From contig OX597820.1 in assembly GCA_951406725.2 (NCBI GenBank), forward strand, positions 15,314,001 through 15,378,000: a stretch of 64,000 nucleotides of DNA, read 5' to 3'. Each line of letters begins with the position of its first letter. The first letter of the stretch is position 1. Source of the DNA: Octopus vulgaris. Its lineage: Eukaryota. The notes under the pieces were generated by a model. The model was given only the letters and a program-made list of their open reading frames with translations, was not told where the DNA came from and did not search any database. The position numbers were made by a program, and so were the translations under genes. Below, piece after piece: positions 51,702-64,000 of the stretch.

Positions 51702-54700
51702 ATCTATACTAATAAATACCATATATTATACATGTATCATGGCTTTTTGGTTTACAGACAAGTAGTTAACTCCCAGAAAAAAAGGAAAATGGGAGAACAG
51801 ACTCTTAGCAGCTTGCTGGCCATTTTTTTCTAAAATGGTATTTTATCCGATACACTAAGCCATTTTCACCTGTGTTTGAGATTATCTTCATTTGTTAAAA
51901 AAAAAGAAAAAAAGAGACAATATTTACACCTATACTAATAAATTTGAATTTCTCTGTATGTGTCCACATAACTTCATGGGCTTATAGACTCAGCCCCTGC
52001 AGGTGTCTTCCCCCACAAACGGCAGATATTTAGCATCAAAGTAGTTCCACTGGCCAACAGTGTAAACTCAGAAGCCCCCCCTCTCCCCTAACCCTAACAC
52101 CTTTACTTCTTAAGACAAGTAAAAATGTGTAGTAAAAAGTATAACAATGGAAAGAGAACTATAGAGAGCAAAAAAAAGCTGGATATTGGTTGAAGAATTC
52201 TATTTAACCTATGAAGAAATTAGATAACGAGCAGCGAGAATAATTAACATTTTTGAAACTTTTACATCTACATTGGCTGTTGGTCTGGGGCTAAGATGCC
52301 TTAGAGTAGCAATTTTGTTATTGATCAAATCGTTTCTCTCCAAATGAATTCTATGGAGCATGAAGTGATAGACAGTTTCCTTACATTGAGTCCATTCTCC
52401 GAGAAGTAAAAGTTCTTTTATAGCATGACCCAAATTAACTTCCCTTTTAAATGGTTTTCAAAAGGCAAACCAGAGTCCATGAACAGTAAAAATTGCATTA
52501 GTTTTCATTAAAGCAAGTTAGAAAAGTTGTAATTCATCATCATCATCACCACCATTACCATCATCATCATTATTTAACATCCATGTTTGCATCGGTTGGG
52601 CAGTTTGACAAGGATCCAATGAGTCGAGGGACTGCATCATGCTCCAAAGGTGACAAAACAATGCCAGAAGACAGAAGAAATGATATATTGGGGAGAGAAA
52701 GAGAGAGAAAACTAAAAACAGAATAACAAAACCCTGTGGACAGGTGCAGTTTTGACTCAACATAACTGAGTAAAATTTTAGACTTACAAATCACTAAAAA
52801 TCAGTGGTACTTAAGACTCCAGAAGATTGAGTGAAGTTTTGACTCATTTTTGCATCATGAGTTTTATTTATGCAAATGAAGAATTACTGATGTTTTCACA
52901 AGCCTTGCAGAGGAGCCATACTAAAAGTTTGTCTAATTTTTAATGACAAGATACATATTTTTACAAATAAGACATGCATACACAGTGTTATATGCATGTC
53001 ATATTTATAAAGATTTAGTTGCAGTTCCTAAAAAAACACAACTATGAAAGCCATTATTTAACCACGCATAATAACAAAATCCAAAAAATGAGTTAGCATT
53101 CTAAAAAGTATTTTTATGCTATCAAATTTCAAAATACATTATAGAAACTACTTCCGTAATGCAAGTAATTTATGAAGTGTGTGAGCTAATTGCAAAGCAA
53201 ATCAAAATCGCACATGAAAGGTGAAATAGTTACTGTTGCACAAATTTTAATTCTAGCAAAAATCAGTTTTTTTGAGAATATTGCTTTATTATGAAGGACA
53301 GCTTCTGGCTATAGGTAACTTAGCTAACAATGAATAAAAATGTAGGAGCAGATAAATAACACTTTAACATTATTTAGTCAAGATACATTCTATACAGGGT
53401 GAACTTAAAGATCAATAAAAAGTCAAGAAAGTATTTATAATAATGATAGGACAAAAATCACCTTACATGTTTGAATTTGAAGTCAGAGGGTTTAAAACAA
53501 CACATGTCCATTGTTTTAGCTTCTTGGTAAATGTAAGTCTCCAGCCTTCTTTTATTCAATACCAACACTTATAACATCAATGTTGGGATGGTAAAAATAA
53601 ATAAATGTTAGATTAGCTTCTATTGTAATTACTAGCAGTCAAGTAGTCTTATAAGAAAAATACCTCTTGCTTTATGATCAACATCATTCACATATTTTGA
53701 CTATTTCCTCATGCTGTTATGTTGGACAGATCTGAAAAATAACTGTCTACCTGTCTGTCCCCTAACTCTGTTCAGCTTAAATATTTCAGGTCAGTTCAGT
53801 TTACTGATATATCTAGGTTTCCATAGACCTGCTTATGTTGAAACTACCATCTACTTAGTACTAACTCATTATTATGGGTACATAAATAGAGCAAAAAGGA
53901 AAACAAATAAAATAGATGCGATGATTGGGGTGCGCTATATTTAATAATAAGAACTGTTACACACATATGACAGTTACTATTTCGGAATTAGTCATAAGGA
54001 AGTTTTAGAAAATGTATTTAAACAAAAGAAATACAATTTTCACATACAATTTAACATTTTCACCTATATTTCACCTATAAAAAAAAAATGACATGGTAAA
54101 AGAGACTAAATAAATATTAGTTTTTATTTCATATGACTAATAATAACAAAAGGTTAAGTATGACAGAATAGAAGGTAAGCAAGCTTTCAGTAAGCCAAGT
54201 CAAAAAACAGTTTTCAGTCTCTCTTGTAACTGCTTCATTGCATATACACCTATCCCTTTTTACTTCTTTTCTTTCGGGGCCCTTGAATTTATAAGGCTGG
54301 TTACCCCATTTTCCTGACATATAAGTAACAGATTATAACATTCCTGAAAATAAAATGCTGGTCCACTGCAGGGTTTAAGGCCAGCAGTCTTAAAGGGTAG
54401 GGAGGGGACATGTCAGTTACATCATCCCCTGTACTTGACTGCTACTTTATTTTATCAACTTCAAAGGGATTCAAAGCAATGTTCACTTTGATGGGATTTG
54501 AACTCAGAACATAAAGAGCAGGGAGAAATGCTGCTAATGATTCTGCCAGCTTGCTACCTACCCTATCCCTAATGCCCCTGTGAAATTCATGTCAGACATC
54601 ATTTTCATTTCATTATGTATACTGATGGTGTCCTTGTCTTGGTTGCTGCTTTCATTATGTTTTGGCTGTTGTATGCTCCAGCCTTCTGCAGGTGTTTTGT

Positions 54701-57015
54701 GTTGAACTTGGCTGTTGAACTGGAATTTTGAACCTTACCCATTATTTGATTCATGGTGGTACACTGTTCTCATTCTGCCCTCTGTGGTTCATGGCATTTT
54801 TGCTTCGAGAGATCTTTTGTGAATTACCTCAGAGCCTTGCCTGGGGATTAAACTCCAAACTTCTAAGTGACTGCACAACAGCCAAAACATAGTGAAAGCA
54901 ACAATCAAGATGAGGACATTAGGCTGATTAATATAAACAGAATACATTATATAAACTCCCCATCTCAAAAATAAAGAATCGCATTTTCATTTCCTCCTCT
55001 TTTGGAGGAAGCAACACGAAATAGCTCCAGTTTATATTCCATAATTAGTTGGGGGAACATCATAGCCATGTGTTGAGAGGAACTTTTTGGAGTTTGAATA
55101 ATTCATCTCAGGAAACATGGGCGTTTCGTTCAACATTCTTAAACAACCCATATTCAAGAACCATTTGAGCAGGATGGGCTACTCGACCCAAAGAAAATTC
55201 TATCTAGGCCTCACCTGCAAGGTCATGCATATAAGGCTGTGATGCATGTGCCTGGTGTACCCTTATCAGATGGGCAGTCATGATGGGTATACTGGGCTTT
55301 GTATATTTTACCCTAGTGTCACTTTGATGGCATGCACTGCTCTCTCACTCAATAAGAATAATGATTTCAAAATTTGGCACAAAGCCAGCATTTTCAGGGA
55401 AAGGGGGCAAGTTGACTACATCACTTCCAGTGCTTAACTGGTACTTATTTTATCGGGCCCAAAAGGACGAAAGGCAAAATTATCCTCAGTAGAATCTGAA
55501 CTCAGAACATAAAGTCGGAAGAAATGCTGTTAAGCACTATTACTATTATCATCATAATCATTATCATTATTAATAGTGATGATGACGACGACAACGATGA
55601 CAACAACAGTTATTTTTTTTTTTGACAATAAATTTGATTTATTTGAGACATAACCAGTTTTCTGCTCTAAGCCAAGTAATAAAACATATACAGAGGGGAA
55701 AAAAACCGCTTCAATATGAATATAGTTTTCCATCTCAGTTAATTGTATTTGTCCATTTCAATTTGAAAAATTAATAAAAAAAAAGAAAACAAAGATATTA
55801 AAATTATATTTATGGCAATCTCCCTCCAGAGAGTATTAGACGATAGATATACTATACAGTAAACTCACTTCTCTATCTGACCCAGACATCTTACTCTGCA
55901 TTATAACTACAACAACAGTAACAAAAATATCTAATTGACTTCTTACACAGTCATTTTTGGCTTGCACGAAAATTTATATTTCATTTCAACAAAGTATCAT
56001 GTAAAAGTTTACACTATTATTTACAAAATTACTGAATTTAATAAAAGAACTTTTAAGTTGATACAAGTTACACATGCTGTAATGCCTAAAGAGATCATAA
56101 ATAACAGCATTTTGTTTGTTAAAGATAAATATAATGTGAAAGGGAAGTTGCCAAGCACAGTAAAGAAAGGAGTAGTTTACAAAATTTTTTTTATCTCATT
56201 CCATTTCTAATTGGAGGTATAGTAGGATGTTTCTTTTATTCCTACCCCACTTTTGGTTTTTGGCTATTTTCCACCGCACCCCCTTTGGTTTTTGCTATTT
56301 TGTAATAATATCATAATCATCATCATTTAATGTCCACTTTTCCACACTTGCATGGGTCGGATGGATTTTGTTGTGGTGAATTTTCTATGGATAGATGATT
56401 TTCCTGTCAGCAACCCTCATCTGATTCCAAGAAAGATTAATACTTTCCCATGACCAGACATGTAAGGAAAGATTGGGAATAAAGGACACAACTTCCATGA
56501 GAGTAAAACACAATTATCAATGACCCAACTTTTCTTTGTAGAAATAAAATATAGATTTCTAAGTAAGCCCCAATTCATGATATTTTAATTATTTTATACA
56601 TGAACAAAGTAATTAGAGGAATTACAGTTTCAAATCCTTCATTGTCTTATGTATCTTTCCATAGTCTTTAAACATGTATCTTCTCTTTTCTACAGGTCTC
56701 ATTCATTAGACTGTGACTATGTTGGGGCACATTCTTGAAGGGATTTAGTTGAACAGATCAACTCCAATACTTATTTTTAAAATCTGGCATTCGTGTCTGT
56801 CTCTTTTGCTAAACCACTAAATTACAGGGATGTAAGCAAATACTGGTTGTCAATGACATACATATTGGCTGGTCTAGGGGTGTAGTAGAAGACACTTGAT
56901 CAAGCTGTTGTGCATTGGGAATGAACCTGAAACCATATGGTGTCTAACTCCCCCCCCCCACCACCACCCAAAAAATTAACTGATGAAGAAAAAGTGAGAG
57001 TGTGAGAAAGAGATT

Positions 57016-57085
<70 letters not shown>

Positions 57086-58058
57086 AGATTAAACTTAATG
57101 TGACAATGATCACAACTAATTTTTCTTCTCACACTTTTATTTTTTCAATTGGGTGGCAACTGAAGAATTTTTTTTTTCATTTGGGAAGCAATTCAAAAAT
57201 CTTTTCATTTGTATTTTGGGCAAAGTTTACAAAGCAATGACAAACAAGGAGTTAGTCATTAAAGAATTTAATGAAACAGTGAAAGGCCTTCAACAAGCCT
57301 CAAAATCCCAAGATCTGAATCCAAGAAAGAGCAAATGGTCAAGGCTGAACTCCATTCAGTAGGGGGGAAAAAAGAAAAAGAAAAAGAAAAAAAAACAATT
57401 TGCATAGCATTGGAATAAATATTTTTCTTCTTTTTTTTGGGGAAATCTCAAATTAAATGGAGACATTTGATGTTAATGAATAAAACTTGGTGACAAGAAT
57501 ATTCCTGAGGATTCACAGAAATCATTAAATCATTCAAAATTATTGTTTCTCTTTCATTTTATCTTTAAATTAATGTAGTTAAAGATAACCATGCCTAAGA
57601 AAGCCTTAGAAAACATGTCCATTACTTCCAAACTCTTTCTACTGTCAGTAATTATATTTCTAAACACATGAAATGCTAACTGCTGCTTTTTTGCAAAAAT
57701 GTGACCAAGCAATTTTTTGTTATGTAATTTTCTGAAGAAAAAAAAGATGACATTAAAATCTGATTTTTTTTTTCTTTTCAAAATAAAAAAGATCCCTTAG
57801 AATTTAGATGTTGCAAAAGAAATTGTCACTGACAGTAAAGTTATCACTTCCATTTTACATGAGGTAAAATTCTTGAAGTAAAAGAAAAAATTTCTCACTT
57901 TATTTTTGTCTCTTACTCTAAATGTGTGTGTGTGTTTAAGGAGCTCACTTTGCTATCATGTGGATTGTGGGTTCAAGCCCACTATGCAGCACTTTGGTCA
58001 ACTGTCTTCTTTCTACCAAAGATCTTGTGAGTGAATTTGATAGGCAGAAACCGTGTGT

Positions 58059-58275
58059 AAGGCGGCAAGCTGGCAGAAACATTAGCACAGCGGTATTTCG
58101 TCCACTGTTATGTTCTGAGTTCAAATTCCGCCGAGGTCGACTTTGTCTTTCATCCTTTTGGGGTCGATAAATTAAGTACCAGTTATGCACTGGAGTCGAT
58201 GTAATCGACTTAATCCCTTTGTCTGTCCTTGTTTGTCTCCTCTATGTTTATCCCCTTGTGGGCAATAAAGAAATA
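58059..58275 (+). mobile_element. Young family B SINE inserted in an older family A SINE (about 57940-58490)
   Basis: Retains CpGs, and interrupts the family A body after ...gaaaccgtgtg. Confidence 0.75.
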
Positions 58276-59267
58276 AGAGACTGTGAGAAAGCCCATTATT
58301 AATGTTTACGTGTGGCTCCCCACCACTACTTGACAACCTGTATTGGTTTGTTTACATTCCTGTAACATAGCAGTTCAGCAAAAGAGACAGACTGAACAGG
58401 TATCAGACTTAAACTTAAGTACTGGGGTGACCAACCCTTCAAATGGTATCCCAGCATAGTCACAGTCCAATGACTGAAACAAGAATAAAATATCTTAGTA
58501 TGAACGTCTGATATAGTAATGTTTTATAAAGGCAGTGTGAAGCCAAGTGCAGCAGTTGCATTACATAATGTGCAACTGTTTCATTGTGAAGGTACACAGC
58601 CAAGTGCAGCGTTTTTCAAGCTGTGGGTCCCGACCCTTCAGTTTGGTTGTGACAAAGAGGTTTGAAAAATGCTGGCCTAGTGGATAGGGTGTTACACTCA
58701 TGATTGTAAGATCATAGTTTCAGTTCCCCGACTGGGGAGTGTGTTGCACTCTTGAGCAAGACACTCCATTTTACGTTATTCCTGTCCACTTAGCTGTAAA
58801 TGAATAACCCTGTGACGGACTGATGCCCCATTCAAGGAAAATGTTATGCTCTTGGTCATTTATACATCATGGAAACTAGGAAATCAGTTGTAGGAGTCTA
58901 GGACTCAAGACAGTAATATCCAGCTATTTCATTAGCCTAAGAAGGATAAAAAAAAATAAAGAAAAGCAGGATTTGAACATGGAACCGTGTGACTAAACTA
59001 AATATCGTATATTTTGTCCTCCAGCTGCACTGACCATTGTCATTATTCTGTTCATTTATACTCAATAAGTACTAGTTGAGTATTGGGGTCAATGCAATTG
59101 ACTGCCCCACCTCCTCCAAATTTCAGGCCTTGTGCCTTTAGTAGAAAGGATTATTCTGTTCATTATATTATCTTGAGTCTCTGGGACACGTGAGTAGTTG
59201 AAGTAAGATGCACCTTATAGGACAGGAAATCAAATGTTACCCCTTTTGGTCTGCGAGAGAGAGAAAC

Positions 59268-59352
<85 letters not shown>
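59268..59352. repeat. (GATA)n(GA)n microsatellite
   Basis: Directly visible. Another (GA)n tract lies at 57026-57080. Confidence 0.95.
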
Positions 59353-59355
<3 letters not shown>

Positions 59356-59471
59356 CAAAAGAGAGAGATTGATAAATGATATGAAAATAAAATTTTGAAA
59401 TGATAAAGATTTCTGTTCAACTGCAAAAGACAACGAGGAATCAAAGACAGAAGACTGTAGACAGTACTCAC

Positions 59472-59531
59472 GATATCTGGCAATAATAATCAATCATGTT
59501 CAATACATTACGAAAATGATGGATAACTTAC
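59472..59531 (-). other. Candidate recursive splice site with 60-nt RS/poison exon
   Basis: Minus strand reads cctctcctttttgttttcttttCAG|GTAAGTT. A second donor, GTGAGT, follows 60 nt later (59471-59466). Stop codons occur in all three frames. Confidence 0.55.
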
Positions 59532-60797
59532 CTGAAAAGAAAACAAAAAGGAGAGGATATAGAATATATTACCATAAAAAAACAGTTAAAATAAAAAATC
59601 ATTAACTAGCAACAATGTTATCCTTATCATTTATTTACCATTTCCTTCTTTCTACTGAAAGTAAAGTTATTTCTTCCGTCTTTTTCTCTCTCCCTTTTAA
59701 ATCAGTTTTATTATTATTTCAGGGTTAAGACAGTGAATTAGCAGAATTGTTAGCACACTGGACCAAATACTTTGTGGCATTTCTTCTAGCTTTACGTTCT
59801 GAGTTCAAATTCCACCAGCATCAACTTTGTCTTTCATTTTTTTTTTTAATGGTCAATGAAATAAGTACCAGTCAAGTACTAGGGTCTATGTAACCAACAA
59901 GACTGCTAGCCCCAAATTCCAGACTCTGTGTCTATAGCTGAAAGGATTATTATTTCAGGGCCAGAGATAATGCTTAACGTTAAGTAGAAGATGAAGATAT
60001 TAAATGAGCTAAACCAGAAGTTCTCAAACTTTTCCTTCTGATGATTCCCTTCATCATGTTGGCATAGCTTACATTAAGAGTATAGTGTGCAATGGTTGGA
60101 TACCATAGAACAGACAATAGACATGTATTATTTGCTGTAACTAACAATGCGTTCAGCCTTCCAAGGTTGATAAATTAATCATTTAACGTCTGCTTTCCAC
60201 GCTGGCACGGGTTGGATGGTTTGACTGAGGACTGGCAAGCCAGAAGGCTGCACAAGGCTCTAATCTGATCTGGCAAGGTTTCTACAGCTGGATGCCCTTC
60301 CTAACGCCAACCACTCCAAGAGTGCAGTGGGTGCTTTTTACGTGTCACCAGCATGAGCGCCAGCCAGGTAGTACTGGCATCGAGCACACTCGAATGGTGC
60401 TTTTTACACACCACCGGCACAGGAGCCAGTCAGGCAGCACTAGTAACACAAATGCACACAAGACCTAACCTACATGGCTGTCATATAATACAAACAGCTG
60501 TGCTAGCCTTGCATCAAAATGATGAGGCATACCCTTTCCACTCAAAACAGTACCTGTAAAGTGTTAATATAACAACCAGTTACTTTATATCTATCTCATC
60601 TGCCACATGAAATGTCTGATATCTTGATGCACTTAACTGATGGCTTATCATTATTATTTCATGTTTTATGCACCGTTCATTGTTTGATAGAGATTTTGCA
60701 TGTTGCTGATGCTTTTGAGAAGGATAAAAAACATCATACTAATATCAGTAGCACATTATAAATATATTACCAGCTTCTAAAATATTCTTATGTATTA

Positions 60798-61192
60798 CTA
60801 GCAGTATCGCCCGGCGTTGCTCGGGTTTGTAAGGGAAATAACTATATAAGCATTTTTAGAGATGTAAAGTATAATAGCTATCTCAATATGGCTAACCACA
60901 AAGGGGGGTGTTACTGTAGCTTTTTACGTTCTGAGATTTAATAATACATTTTTAGAGAGTTACTTCTCTTATATAATAGCAAAAAATGCATTAAAAAATG
61001 GGAAAAAATGATGGTAAATTTTCTTTTAAATCATAGACTCATCGTAGACGCGCACTAATACCCAGAAGGGCTCGATATGAATCACGACTTTAAGATAACC
61101 GCTTTTGGTTACACTGCATCGCAAAATGTGGGAGTAGTTAGGAATCTAAATCGTAGGAGACAGACACACAACTTTAGTTTTATATATAAAGA
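60798..61192 (-). mobile_element. Non-autonomous Helitron, 395 bp
   Basis: Minus strand begins TC(tttatatataaaa) and ends in a GC-rich hairpin cccgagcaacgccggg plus CTAG. Inserted between A and T with no TSD. Confidence 0.85.
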
Positions 61193-62011
61193 TATGGAAG
61201 AATGGTTTGATTTCCTATCAAGGAAATACACTCATAAGGAGAAAGATGTTAGTAAATGCCGGGAGAAGAGTGCAGTAAAAAGGTTCAGCTGTAGTAGTGT
61301 TCATACGATTTTATTTCTCATAAAACCACCAAACTGCATTAAAATAACATACTTTTTATGCATTGGTTGAAAATAACATGAGTTAGAACACTGAATCATA
61401 AGTGATCAGGCTAAATCACTTTTGCATTTATAACTATCTCACATTGCATTTTACACCAGCCAAAAAAAAAAAAAAAAAAAAAAAAAAGCATTACCACCAG
61501 CTTCCTTATGATGATGATGATGATGATGATGATGCACTCTTATGAATATCTATGATTTAGCTTCAACTTCTTACCTTACAAAAGCAACAATGACAGCAGT
61601 AGTAACAGCATTTAAAGTTTAGGCTACAGGCAAACAGATGTATATACAATTACCAAGTTAATTCCTAATAGATAGAGATTTGCCAATTACATGGGTCATT
61701 AACCCGAATTACCTTGAAATATTCTTTTATGACTGATCTGAAACCAGAAACAATTTTATTTGTCCAGCTTACTTTGTTGGTCGGTGAAGCAAGTTAAAAA
61801 TCAATAGATGGAAAGCTCTTATCCAAAAAATAAATTGTTTCTTAAACCTTAACACCATGAAAAACTACACTGTGATATTATTAATATCATCCCATAATAA
61901 TAATATCATGGATTGCAGAACAATTATATATGTAAGAAATAAATTGCCAATATATTTGATTAGACTAGATGCAATGTTAACTAATAACTTGAGCACTTAC
62001 AACAAAAATGA

Positions 62012-62055
<44 letters not shown>

Positions 62056-62061
62056 TATATA

Positions 62062-62939
62062 CAGGGTGTGATGGGTAAATTGTTGCCATTATATACCTTT
62101 AATTTCGGGCATGTAACATTGTTTGTTATTGATTTTGTTGACTACACAGTATAGTAGGGTCAGTTGGGCACCATCTGTGAGAAAAACAGCACCATAGTGC
62201 AATTCACTCAGCCAGAAATTTGGAAATGACATGCTGTACTGCTTGGCATTTGCACAAGAAGCTCCAACATGAATGTTTCAGAGTGTTTGGGTGTCAATCT
62301 GAGGACATGTACTGAGAGTGATAAAAATCAAACATCCAGTCAACATCATGGTGTTTGGAGTGATCACTAGTGATAGTGACGTTATGCTTCCATTCATCTT
62401 CCCACACAGCCTCAAACTCAACACAGAGGCCTACATCAAGTGCCTGGATGAGGTAGTACTGCCCTGGGTGAAGAGGGTGGCTGCTGGAAGACCCTATGTC
62501 TGGCAACAGGACTCTGCACCATGCCACACAAGCAAGAGAACCCAGTCCTGGCTGTCAAGACAATTTCTGCGACCACATCACCCCTAACATCTGGCTACCT
62601 AACACCCCAGATTGCAACCCGCCTTAATTATTATGTGTGAGGCATAGTTGAGTGAGAGAGATCAACAAAACTCCTTGAAACACAAAAGATGAACTGAGGG
62701 CAAGGATTATGGCAGCATTCACTAACTTAAACAAGGAGATTGTCCAGAAGAGCTGCGGGAGATTCTGAAGTCATCTAGAGGCAGTGGATGAAGCTAATGG
62801 CAATTTTATTGAATAAATTTACTCTTTAGTATTTCAAGATATTTTTATGTAATTTTGGTAAATATATCTATTAAAATGAGATACCAGTGATATTTTCATT
62901 TTTGTGTAACTTAGACGACAATATATTCACCACACCCTC
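62062..62939 (+). mobile_element. Decayed Tc1/mariner element, maT (DD37D)-like
   Basis: KHPVNIMVFGVITSD...YVWQQDSAPCHTSKRTQSWL, then WLPNTPDCNP after a frameshift. Imperfect TIRs cagggtgtg... / ...cacaccct with TA on the left. Subfamily assignment is from memory. Confidence 0.85.
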
Positions 62940-64000
62940 TTTATACAATATGTGTGTGTGTGTGTGTGTGTGTGTTTAGAGAAAGAGAGAGAGAGATAGG
63001 TAAGAACAATTATTTTGTATATTAACACATTTTGTTTTATTTATGTTATATAATATAAGAAACAAGTTTAGAAAATCTTAAGCAATAAACATTTGATATA
63101 ATAACCAAATACTTATTATTATTATTATATGGCAATGAGCTCTTCTGCTAGTGATGCAAACAAGAGTGCTTATGTGCACCACTAAACCATATGCGACATT
63201 TTTTCATGTTAGCTATTGCAGTATTCTGTGTTCCATTTAATATAATAATATATATAACAACAATTTGATAAATGGCCAAGACAGCAGGCAATACTGTCAA
63301 CTGACTTATCTGTTAGGTTCTATCTACTAAATAGAATACCAAGTACTTTGAAGTGAATTGTATTGACAGACTAGAGCATTTTTTTAAACAGTAAGTATGT
63401 TAAACATAGTTATTATCAAGGTTAATCCTGAAATTGCACAAAAATAATAACTAAATGACAGGTATTTTTTTTTTAATGAGATAGGAAAACATAAATAAAA
63501 ACATGTTTATGTTGATTTTTTTATAACCTACATCTAATACTTAGAAAATATTTGAATTACCCATCATCACCATCATCCTCCTTTAACGTCCATTTTCCAT
63601 GCTGGCATGGATAGGACAGTTTGACCAAAGCTTTCAAGCCAGAGAGCTGCACCAAGTTCCAGTCTCATTTAGCATGGTTTCTATGAGTGAATGCCTTTCT
63701 AAGCATCAACCACTTTATAGTGTGTAGTGGGTGTTTATAACATGGCACCAGCACAAGTGCTTCCATGTGTGGTGCTGGCATGAATGCTTTTTATGTGGTG
63801 CCAGCACAGGCCTCTGGCAGGCCAGTCTTCTTCACCAAGGAGTACAGCCTTAACACTTCTGCTGTAGAGGATGGATCTTCTTGAGTATCCAGGTCTTCTT
63901 ATTTACTCAGTAAATGAAAATAGGAATAAATCCCTAATAAATTGAAACATAGCCACTAAATCATCAAACACATTTGTATATAACAAGGCACTCGATTAGG

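Noticed and set aside
57590-57731. Alternative exon ending MDMFSKAFLGM in phase 0
   Set aside because: The acceptor is good but the donor (GTTATC) is poor, and there is no recognisable liprin similarity.
61565-61640. Second AG|GTAAGA site or small exon on the minus strand
   Set aside because: AAG acceptor with an interrupted pyrimidine tract and no coding fit; plausible by chance.

Overview
AT-rich, repeat-dense eukaryotic DNA. The SINE families, abundant (TA)n/(GAT)n tracts and LINE tails point to an Octopus-like cephalopod genome (inference). The window appears to lie inside one large minus-strand gene, a liprin-beta (PPFIBP) homologue. Three coding exons are identifiable: 18240-18109, 13759-13651 and a 63-nt frame-preserving exon at 1075-1013. 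No further coding exon was found in the >45 kb upstream. The introns contain tRNA-derived SINEs, RTE-type LINE remnants, mariner and maT relics, hAT and piggyBac-type MITEs and a non-autonomous Helitron. Most notable: (1) a candidate recursive-splicing site (polypyrimidine-CAG|GTAAGT) with a 60-nt stop-containing RS-exon at 59531-59472; (2) three decayed copies of a minimal type I hammerhead-ribozyme motif, two of them head-to-head; (3) several fold-back hairpins and inverted SINE pairs that could be ADAR substrates. Almost all entries in the ORF track are spurious. All alignments were made by eye; no database search was run.
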